Positions 55,908-63,637 of a stretch of DNA of 64,000 nucleotides are shown piece after piece (the first letter of the stretch is position 1; each line of letters starts with the position of its first letter). The notes beneath the pieces were generated by a model, which searched no databases, had not been told where the DNA came from, and saw nothing but the letters and a program-made list of their open reading frames with translations. A program made the translations under genes and the position numbers. This DNA is from an uncultured Actinomycetes bacterium (GTDB lineage Bacteria > Actinomycetota > Actinomycetes > S36-B12 > UBA10799): NCBI GenBank assembly GCA_964474045.1, contig CAYYRC010000001.1, forward strand, positions 49,023-113,022, read 5' to 3'.

Positions 55908-57178
55908 GCAGCCTGCTGCTGCGCAGCGTCGTGCTGGACGGCCGGGTCACCGATGTCCGCATCCAGGGCCGACGCTTTGCCGATATCGGGGTCGGCTGCG
56001 GGGACCGCCTGCCGCCTGACCGCCAGATCGACGGCCGCGGGCGCATGGCCATCGTCCCCGCCTTCTACAACGGTCACACGCACGCGGCCATGACTTTGCT
56101 GCGCGGCTACGCCGAGGACTTGGAGCTGGGGACGTGGCTGTCCGAGCACATCTGGCCCGCCGAGGCGACCTTGACGGCGGAGGATGTCTATGCCGGCACC
56201 CGCCTGGCGATCCTCGAGATGATCAAGTCCGGCACCGTCTACTTCAACGACATGTACTGGGAGCCCTCGGCCTCCGCGATGGCCGCGATCCAGATGGGCG
56301 TACGCGCCGACATCGGCATGCTGCACATCAGCGGCCCGGATGGGCTTCCCAATCCCCGAGCCGAGGCCGGCATCGCTGCGCTGCTGGCGCTGGAGCCCGC
56401 ACTGCCGGATCGGATCAGCGTCACCCACGCCCCGCACTCGCCCTATGCCACGTCCGCCGAGCAACTGGCGTGGATCGCGGCCGACTCGGCGCGCAGCGGG
56501 CGACGCATCCATATCCACGCAGCCGAGACCGCCGATGAGGTCCGAGACTGCATCGCGGCGCACGGCATGACGCCCATCGCCTACCTCGACAGCCTCGGCC
56601 TGGTCACGCCGCGCTCGGTGCTGGCGCACTGCGTCCACCTGACCGACGAGGACCGCGCGATCATCGCCCGGCGCGGCGCCGTCATCGCGCACATGGCCGT
56701 GTCCAACCTCAAGCTCTGCAGCGGCTTCTTCGAGCACGCGCGGGCGCTGGACGCGGGGTGCCGCGTGATCCTGGGCACCGATGGCGCGGCCAGCAACAAC
56801 AGCCTTTCGATGCTGGGCGAGATGAAGACCGCGGCCCTGTTGGCCAAGTCGCAGGCGGGATCGCCGCTGGCGGGGCGCGACCACGCCATGCTGGCAGCCG
56901 CCACTTACGAGTCCGCTGCCGCGTTCGGCATCGACGCCGGCGTGATCGAGCCCGGCAAGTTGGCCGATGCGCTGCTGGTCGATCTGGACCACCACGCCAT
57001 GGTCGGCGACTACAGCCTGGACGCCAACCTCGTGTATGCCGCGGACCCGAGCGTCATCGACACGGTCATCTGCGATGGCGAGGTCCTGATGCAGGGTCGC
57101 GTGGTGCCGGGGGAGCGCGAGATCGTCGCCCAAGCCCGGGCGGCCTGCTCCCGGCTGGCACGGATCCGCCACACCTGA
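55904..57178 (+). CDS. Amidohydrolase, MTA/SAH deaminase-like (ATZ/TRZ subfamily)
   Basis: ATG at 55904 (ATGA overlap) within track ORF 55385..57178. Blocks PAFYNGHTHAAMTLLRG, HIHAAET, AHCVHL and LGTDGAASNN. Confidence 0.8.
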   Translation: MSSLLLRSVVLDGRVTDVRIQGRRFADIGVGCGDRLPPDRQIDGRGRMAIVPAFYNGHTHAAMTLLRGYAEDLELGTWLSEHIWPAEATLTAEDVYAGTRLAILEMIKSGTVYFNDMYWEPSASAMAAIQMGVRADIGMLHISGPDGLPNPRAEAGIAALLALEPALPDRISVTHAPHSPYATSAEQLAWIAADSARSGRRIHIHAAETADEVRDCIAAHGMTPIAYLDSLGLVTPRSVLAHCVHLTDEDRAIIARRGAVIAHMAVSNLKLCSGFFEHARALDAGCRVILGTDGAASNNSLSMLGEMKTAALLAKSQAGSPLAGRDHAMLAAATYESAAAFGIDAGVIEPGKLADALLVDLDHHAMVGDYSLDANLVYAADPSVIDTVICDGEVLMQGRVVPGEREIVAQARAACSRLARIRHT

Positions 57179-57237
57179 CCCCGGTCGGGCCCGGCAACTC
57201 TGGTTTGGACCCCGGTCGGGCCCGGCAACTCTGGTTT
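57177..57237. repeat. Perfect 30-bp direct repeat x2 (31-bp period)
   Basis: GACCCCGGTCGGGCCCGGCAACTCTGGTTT occurs at 57177-57206 and again at 57208-57237. The first copy starts inside the deaminase stop codon. Confidence 0.9.
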
Positions 57238-57299
57238 GCGCCACTTCGCGTCGTTTGCGGCATGTCTGCCGGCCGCAGACGCGAGCAAGTGGCGCAGAC
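57234..57299. repeat. Palindromic intergenic element, copy 2
   Basis: GTTTGCGCCACTT (57234-57246) and AAGTGGCGCAGAC (57287-57299), separated by the core GGCATGTCTGCCGGCCGCAGA, are homologous to the arms and core of the 35546-35619 element. Confidence 0.8.
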
Positions 57300-57439
57300 G
57301 TGGGGGCGTGGCGCGGTGCGCTCCGGGACGTTGGTCCCTCAAGCGGGACCCTCGCGCCGTCGTTGTCTCACTGAGTCGGTCGGCCGGGACTGCGGGCCGC
57401 CGCCGTGCGCCAGCAGTGAGGAAATGGGGCGTTGACGGG

Positions 57440-58387
57440 ATGAATAGGTTCCAGGCCAACCTCTGCCTGCTCACCACAACAATGTGCTGGGCGCCGGAAG
57501 TCGTCCTCATGAAGCGCTTCCCCGCGGGAGTGCCCGCGCTCGCGGTGATCACGCTCAGCACGGCCTTGGGCGCGGCAATCCTGCTGCTCGTGCTGTTCGC
57601 CCATGTGCGAGTCCGGCCGACGCGCGGGTTCCTGTGCTGGGCCGCCCTGCTCGGCCTGTTGACCGCGGTGCAGAGCACCCTGGCGGTCCTCGGCTCGCGC
57701 CAGCTGCCGGTATCCACGTCGATGTTCCTGCTCTCGCTGTATGTGGTGGGCGTGCCGGTGGTCATGGTGATCATCCGCCCGTTCCGGCGTTGGCGGGGCC
57801 AGCCGTTGGATCCTGCCCCGGCACCGCGCACCTGGGCCGGAGTGGCGTTGATCATGGTCGGGCTGGCCCTCGCCGTCCAGCTGGGGAGCGGCAGCGCGCA
57901 GCTCGTCCCGATCGCGATCCTGCTGGTCAGCGTGGCCCTCCTGAGTCTGTACCTGGTCGGCGTCAACAACGCTTCCCGCCAGTACGACCCGGCCCAGATG
58001 ATCGTCTACGTCCTCGGCTTCGCCTCGGTGTTCGCCCTGGGCGGCTGGTTGCTAGTCGATCCGGGCAGCCTGCCGGCCGTGGATCTCAGCGCGGACTTCG
58101 TCGCGGTGCTCGCCATGTACTCGATCTTCGTGATCGCGCTGGCCGGCGGCGTGGCCTTCTTCGCCTACCCGTACGTGACTCCCACCAATGTCGCCGCGGT
58201 GTATTCGCTGCAGGTGGTGTTCGCCATCGGACTGGCGGCGGTGCTCCCCAGCCTTCTCGTCCAGCGCCTCCGGCTGACGACGGGGATCGTCGCTGGTTGC
58301 CTGCTGGTCGTGGTCGGCGTGCTCGTGGCCGAGGTCGATCTGCTGGGGATGCTTCGGCGCCGAGTCGGCCGGGAGGTGCCCGAGTGA
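57440..58387 (+). CDS. DMT (EamA-like) family transporter
   Basis: ATG at 57440 within track ORF 57236..58387. About 10 TM helices in two halves. The family call is from topology only. Confidence 0.6.
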   Translation: MNRFQANLCLLTTTMCWAPEVVLMKRFPAGVPALAVITLSTALGAAILLLVLFAHVRVRPTRGFLCWAALLGLLTAVQSTLAVLGSRQLPVSTSMFLLSLYVVGVPVVMVIIRPFRRWRGQPLDPAPAPRTWAGVALIMVGLALAVQLGSGSAQLVPIAILLVSVALLSLYLVGVNNASRQYDPAQMIVYVLGFASVFALGGWLLVDPGSLPAVDLSADFVAVLAMYSIFVIALAGGVAFFAYPYVTPTNVAAVYSLQVVFAIGLAAVLPSLLVQRLRLTTGIVAGCLLVVVGVLVAEVDLLGMLRRRVGREVPE

Positions 58388-58971
58388 GCGAGGTCTTCGG
58401 GGTCTTCAGCACTCGCAAGGGCCGGCGGACGCTGCTGGTGCTGGTGCTCATCTACGTCGCCGTTGCACTTCCCTTCCGCTCGCTGGAGTTCCTGCCCGGG
58501 CTCACGGACATTCGCCCGGTGTGCATGCTCATGCCGGTCTACGGGTTGTTATACGGACCCGTCGGTGCCTGGGCCTTCGGCCTGGGCAACCTCATCGGCG
58601 ATGTGGCCGCGCACGATCTGACGTGGGCCAGCGTCGGCGGACTCCTGGCCAACTTCGCCGCGGTCTACGTCTATCACGTGCTCTTAAACCGGCTGTCGAG
58701 GTCGAAGGTGACGCTGCGGGACTGGGGCGGCCTCGGACAGTACCTGCTGGCCGTTCTGGCGGCCACCACCGTCACCGTGGTCATCCTCACCCCGGCGGCC
58801 TGGCTGGCCTTCCCAAGCGTCGACGTGGCCTATTTCACCCAGATTGTGCTCATCAACAACGTTCTGTTCGCGGTGGTGCCCGGTATGGCGATCATCATCA
58901 TCATGGAGACCGAGTACCACCTGACCCCCTACGGCTCCGCGGAACCTGGGCGGGAGTCTGCGCGGAGTTGA
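58384..58971 (+). CDS. Small polytopic membrane protein (possible ECF S-component/QueT-like; tentative)
   Basis: GTG at 58384 (GTGA overlap) within track ORF 57484..58971. 195 aa with 5-6 TM helices. The block IRPVCMLMPVYGLLYGPVGAWAFGLGNLIGDV is reminiscent of vitamin-type S components. Confidence 0.45.
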   Translation: MSEVFGVFSTRKGRRTLLVLVLIYVAVALPFRSLEFLPGLTDIRPVCMLMPVYGLLYGPVGAWAFGLGNLIGDVAAHDLTWASVGGLLANFAAVYVYHVLLNRLSRSKVTLRDWGGLGQYLLAVLAATTVTVVILTPAAWLAFPSVDVAYFTQIVLINNVLFAVVPGMAIIIIMETEYHLTPYGSAEPGRESARS

Positions 58972-59047
58972 TTTCCGCTGCGACCCACTCGATAGCAGGT
59001 GTTATTTTTGAGGTCCGGATGGTTCGCCGGGGAAAGAGGTTGGTGGC

Positions 59048-62000
59048 GTGACTTCGTCGCCCGGGGAGCACTCCGACGTAGCCGAGGACGGCGACGCCGT
59101 CGTCGGCGATGAGTCCGGGGCGGAATTCCGTCGCGCGCCCGCCATGTGTGTGGTGGGGATCGGTTCCAGCGCCGGTGGGCTTGAGGCCCTGCAGGAAGTC
59201 GTCCGCAACGTCCCGTTGGGCCTGCCCGCGAGCATCCTCGTGGCGCAGCACCTGGCGCCTCAGCACAAGAGCCTGATGGCGGAGCTCCTCGGCCGGGAGA
59301 CCCAGCTCGAGGTTGTGGTGGCCGAGGACGGCGACACCCCGCGCAAGGGCACGGTCCACGTATGCCCCCCCGGCGTTGACCTGGTCGTGCGCGGCGGCGT
59401 CATCCGGCTGCTTCCGCCTTCCAAGGCGGCCGGCCCAAAGCCGTCGGTGGACTCCATGTTGGCGTCGCTGGCCTCGGAGTACACAGAGCGCTCCGTGGGA
59501 GTCATCCTGTCCGGCACCGGTTCGGACGGCTCCTACGGCATGCGTGAGATCCACGCCGCCGGCGGCTTGACCATCGCCCAAGACCCGGCAACCGCCAAGT
59601 ATGCGTCGATGCCCCGCTCAGCGATCGAGGGCGGGATGGTCGACAGGACGGTGCCACCGGGCGAGATCGGTCAGATCCTGGAGCGCCTGCTCGCCGGCGA
59701 GCTCGACCATGCCGGCGACGACAGCCACGTGCCGGACAGCCTGGTCAAGCGCATCCTGTCCGCGATGCACTCGCAGCCGGGGGTGGACTACTCGGCCTAC
59801 AAGGAGTCCACGGTGCGGCGCCAGATCGCCCGTCGGATGGCGATGCTGCAGATCAACGACCAGGGCGACTACTTGACGTACCTGCTCGCGGAGCGCTCCG
59901 AGGCCCGCATCCTCGGGCAGAACATGCTCGTGTCGGTGACGTCCTTCTACCGAGATCCGCCCGTGTGGGACCACCTGGCCGAGATCCTCGCTGCCCGCTT
60001 CGCCGCCGAGGGCACCGAGGACGGCATGCGGGTGTGGGTACCCGGCTGCGCCACGGGCGAGGAGGCGTTCACCGTCGTGATGGTGATCGCACGAGCGATG
60101 GGCTTCCCCGCCAATCTCTCCGAGCGCATCAAAGTCTTCGCCACGGACTTGGACGATGCCGCCCTCGAGTTCGCCCGGCGGGGCAGCTACCCGGCGGCAG
60201 CGGCGGAGCGGCTGCCGACGGATCTGCGCGAGCGCTTCACCGAGACCTCCGGCACCAGCGTCGCGGTAGCAGCCGAAGTCAAGGACTGCGTGGTGTTCGC
60301 CCGGCACAACCTCGCGGTCGATCCGCCGTTTCTGCGGGTCGATCTGGTGTCCTGCCGCAACGTTCTCATCTACTTCGAGTCCGAACTCCAGGACGCGGTG
60401 CTGCGCACCATCCACTACGCCCTCAAACCGGGCGGGATCATGGTGCTGGGGACGTCGGAGGGGGTCGGCTACCTCTCGGATGCATTCACCCCACTGAGCT
60501 CCAAGCTGCGCATCTACCGCCGGGGGGTGCAGGGCCTGGACGTCCCCAGGGTGGCTGGGGCTCAGCCGACGCGCAGCGTCAGCCCCGCGCGTCCGTTGCG
60601 GCACAGCAAGCAGAGCGACGACAACCAGGTGCTCCGGGAGTCGATCCTGCGGGTGCTGGCGCCCCCCAGCATCGTCATCAACGAGAACGGCAACCTGGTT
60701 CAGGTGCTCGGGGACGTCGCGCGCTTCTGCCAGTTCCCCCAGGGAGGCATGGATATGTCCGTGTCGGCCCTGGTGCGCCCGCCGCTGCTGGCAGAGGTCC
60801 GCCGGCTCATCGCGCAGGTACGGGTGTCGGGCGCCCCTACCCATGGCACTCCCGTCGAGCTCGGTGACGGCCTGCCCGCCGTACGGGTGTCGGTGCGCCC
60901 GGCATCGTCCAGCATCGGCGCCTTCCACGTCATCAGCTTCACCGAGCACACCGACCTGCTGCCCGCCAACGAGTTGGCTGACTCGGGTTCCACCGAGGCC
61001 GTGCGGCTGCAGCGTGAGCTCGACTCCACCCGCGAGACGCTGCAGGCGACCATCGAGGAGCTGGAGACCTCCAACGAGGAGCTCCAGGCCATGAACGAGG
61101 AGATGATGGCCTCGACGGAGGAGCTGCAGGCCTCCAACGAGGAGCTGGAGACCATCAACGAGGAGCTGCAGGCCTCCAACGAGGAGCTCGGCACCCTCAA
61201 CGAGGAGCTGCAGGTGCGCAGCCGGGAGTTGGCCGATGCCAACAGGGACCTGCGCAACATCCAGGCGGCCATCAGCCAGGCCCTCGTGCTGGTCGACGAG
61301 CGCAAGCGGATCACCCGCTACTCGCCGCTGGCCGTGCGGCCGTTCGCGCTGGTGGAGGAGGACCTGGGGGTGCCGATCGGTCGCATCGCGACCACCATGC
61401 CCGTGCCGGACCTGGATGGTGCGCTGGACCGCGCGCTGGAGGGCGGGGGTACCGCCGTGTTGGAGGCGCGCAGCCCGGACGTGGACTACCAGGTGGTGGT
61501 ATCGGCGTGGCGCGACGAGCACGACCGCGTCGGCGGCGCCGTGCTCTCCATCAACGATGTCACCCCGCAGCGCGCCGGTCGGCGCGAGACAGCGCGCATC
61601 GACGAGGAATTGGGGCTCGTGACCGGACAGCTGCGGGTCGCGGCGTGGACCAGAAGGGTCCCGGACGGGGCATTGCTGAGCATCGGCGAGGAGGCCGGGA
61701 AACTGCTCGGGGTCCCGGTGGAAGTCCTGCAGGCGGACCGCGACTCGTGGCTGGCCCACGTTGTGCCCGAGGATCGCGATGTTGCCGCTCGCAGCAGTGC
61801 GCCGGATCGCGACCGGCGCCTGCAGTACCGCACCAGCATCGACGGGCAGGAGCGCACGATCCTGGACGTCGAGCTGGGCCCGCTCGGCTCCTCTCCCAGC
61901 GAGCGCTTCGGGATGCTGCAGGACATCACGGACAGCGCCGAGGCGGTGATGTCACGCGCGTCGGAGCTGGCGCTGACGACGGCCGCCTTCGACCTTCCCG

Positions 62001-63637
62001 GGCGCCTGCTCCTGCGGGTGGACACCGCCGGGCGCATCGCCCGAGTCTCGCCGGGGGCGGAGGCGTTCCTGGGTATCGCCGACGAGTTGGTCATCGGCCG
62101 GCGGTTGGGCGATATCTGCGTGCCCGGGGACCGAGAGGCTCTGGACTGCTGGCTGGGGAAGGTGGGCACCGGGGCGGGGGAACCTCTCGAGATCGGCTGC
62201 GTCGGCCGCGACGGGGCGTTGCGACGGCTGTTGCTGGAGGGGACGTCGATCGCCACCAGCTGGGGTCGGGATGTGCTGGTGGGCGCGTCCGACCTCACCC
62301 AGGCTCGGGCCGAGACCGACCGCCTGCGCCGGCACAGCCGAACCGACTCGCTGACCGGCCTGGCGAGCCGCATGGAGATGATCCATGCCATGCGGGACGA
62401 GATGGCCCGCGTCACGCGTGAGGGCGGCTCGCTGGCCCTGATGTGGCTGGACCTGGACGGCTTCAAGGACATCAACGACAGGTACGGACACCCGGCCGGG
62501 GACAACGCCCTGGCCGAGGTGGCAGAGCGGATGCGGTCGAGCATCCGCGGCGAGGCCCTGTTCGCGCGCATGGGCGGCGACGAGTTCTGCCTGCTCATCA
62601 CCGACGTCGCCCAGCTCGGGCAGTTGGAGTTCATCGCCGACCGCCTGTTGCACGTCCTGCGCAGCCCGCTGGATGTGGGAACCTCCACCTGCCACCTGAC
62701 CGGGTCCATCGGGATCGCGCTGTTCCCCAGCGACGCCGCCACGGTGGACGGCCTGCTGCAGGCGGCCGACACCGCCATGTACGCGTCCAAGCGGGAGGGC
62801 GGCGACTGCTTCACCTTCCACGTGCCCGGCATGCATGCTGAGTCCGAGGAGCGGGCCCGGATGCGTCAGGAGCTGGCCGACTCCATCCGCCGGCGGGCCT
62901 TCACGCTGCACTATCAGCCGATCTACGACCTGCGCGAGGACAAAGTCTGGGCGGCGGAGGCGCTCCTGCGCCGGGTGCGGGACGACGGCTCGCTGGAGTC
63001 CGCCGGGGCATTCATCGCGACCGCCGAGCACAGCGGCCAGATTCGGGCCATGGGGCGGCAGATGCTCGACACCCTTCGCCGCGATCTGGCCGGGGCGTTG
63101 CCCGAGGGGCTCCCGATCGCGATCAACATGTCCGCGGCCGAGCTCAACGACCCCAGCCTCATGAGCTATCTGCGGCAGGCCGACATGCTCGAGCTGCTGC
63201 CCCGGCTGATGATTGAGGTGACCGAGAACATCTTGTTGGAGCCTCGCAGCACCGGGATGACGACCCTGTCGATGCTGCGCTCCCTGGGCGCCCGCGTGGC
63301 GGTCGACGACTACGGCACCGGCTTCTCGAACATGCAGACCCTGGAGCAGCTGCGACCGAACGTGCTCAAGGTCGACGGGTCCTTCACCGACCTAGCCGCC
63401 CGCAGCGACGCCCGGGGCAGGGCGTTCATGGCGTCGGCGCGTACTTTGGCCGAGTCGCTTGGCTCGGCCGTCCTGTCCGAACGGGTGGAGACCGAGGAGC
63501 ACCTGCGCATCGTGCGTGAGTTGGGGATCCCGCTCGGACAGGGGTACCACCTTGGCCTCGTGGTACCTCCGGAGGAGCTGGCGCGCATCGTCGACGCCTC
63601 TGGTCTCGCCGCTTCCTCAACCCTGGTGGCCGGCTAG
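59048..63637 (+). CDS. Multidomain signalling protein: CheB methylesterase, CheR methyltransferase, PAS-like regions, coiled coil, GGDEF and EAL
   Basis: 1529 aa. CheB blocks GIGSSAGG, VAQHL and SGTGSDG. CheR block VWVPGCATGEE. A heptad run of xNEELQA. GGDEF blocks DSLTGLASR and RMGGDEFCLL. EAL blocks EALLR, EVTE, DDYGTGFS and QGY. Confidence 0.9.
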   Translation: MTSSPGEHSDVAEDGDAVVGDESGAEFRRAPAMCVVGIGSSAGGLEALQEVVRNVPLGLPASILVAQHLAPQHKSLMAELLGRETQLEVVVAEDGDTPRKGTVHVCPPGVDLVVRGGVIRLLPPSKAAGPKPSVDSMLASLASEYTERSVGVILSGTGSDGSYGMREIHAAGGLTIAQDPATAKYASMPRSAIEGGMVDRTVPPGEIGQILERLLAGELDHAGDDSHVPDSLVKRILSAMHSQPGVDYSAYKESTVRRQIARRMAMLQINDQGDYLTYLLAERSEARILGQNMLVSVTSFYRDPPVWDHLAEILAARFAAEGTEDGMRVWVPGCATGEEAFTVVMVIARAMGFPANLSERIKVFATDLDDAALEFARRGSYPAAAAERLPTDLRERFTETSGTSVAVAAEVKDCVVFARHNLAVDPPFLRVDLVSCRNVLIYFESELQDAVLRTIHYALKPGGIMVLGTSEGVGYLSDAFTPLSSKLRIYRRGVQGLDVPRVAGAQPTRSVSPARPLRHSKQSDDNQVLRESILRVLAPPSIVINENGNLVQVLGDVARFCQFPQGGMDMSVSALVRPPLLAEVRRLIAQVRVSGAPTHGTPVELGDGLPAVRVSVRPASSSIGAFHVISFTEHTDLLPANELADSGSTEAVRLQRELDSTRETLQATIEELETSNEELQAMNEEMMASTEELQASNEELETINEELQASNEELGTLNEELQVRSRELADANRDLRNIQAAISQALVLVDERKRITRYSPLAVRPFALVEEDLGVPIGRIATTMPVPDLDGALDRALEGGGTAVLEARSPDVDYQVVVSAWRDEHDRVGGAVLSINDVTPQRAGRRETARIDEELGLVTGQLRVAAWTRRVPDGALLSIGEEAGKLLGVPVEVLQADRDSWLAHVVPEDRDVAARSSAPDRDRRLQYRTSIDGQERTILDVELGPLGSSPSERFGMLQDITDSAEAVMSRASELALTTAAFDLPGRLLLRVDTAGRIARVSPGAEAFLGIADELVIGRRLGDICVPGDREALDCWLGKVGTGAGEPLEIGCVGRDGALRRLLLEGTSIATSWGRDVLVGASDLTQARAETDRLRRHSRTDSLTGLASRMEMIHAMRDEMARVTREGGSLALMWLDLDGFKDINDRYGHPAGDNALAEVAERMRSSIRGEALFARMGGDEFCLLITDVAQLGQLEFIADRLLHVLRSPLDVGTSTCHLTGSIGIALFPSDAATVDGLLQAADTAMYASKREGGDCFTFHVPGMHAESEERARMRQELADSIRRRAFTLHYQPIYDLREDKVWAAEALLRRVRDDGSLESAGAFIATAEHSGQIRAMGRQMLDTLRRDLAGALPEGLPIAINMSAAELNDPSLMSYLRQADMLELLPRLMIEVTENILLEPRSTGMTTLSMLRSLGARVAVDDYGTGFSNMQTLEQLRPNVLKVDGSFTDLAARSDARGRAFMASARTLAESLGSAVLSERVETEEHLRIVRELGIPLGQGYHLGLVVPPEELARIVDASGLAASSTLVAG

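Noticed and set aside
55694-57244. 516-aa minus-strand ORF opposite the amidohydrolase gene, starting MAQTRVAG in the palindromic element.
   Set aside because: The apparent start is created by the repeat arm; the same MAQTR start recurs at the other copy (35560 and 35605). The plus strand carries the amidohydrolase metal-binding motifs.
57300-58383. Considered a preQ1 or other vitamin-type riboswitch upstream of the DMT and S-component-like membrane genes.
   Set aside because: I found nothing resembling the preQ1-I/II, THF, TPP or cobalamin consensus cores. The structure visible there is explained by the palindromic repeat and a simple hairpin.
59618-62832. Minus-strand ORFs 59618..61759 (713 aa) and 61486..62832 (448 aa) inside the CheBR-GGDEF-EAL gene.
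   Set aside because: The plus strand has five recognisable catalytic domains in one uninterrupted frame, so the antisense frames are shadows.
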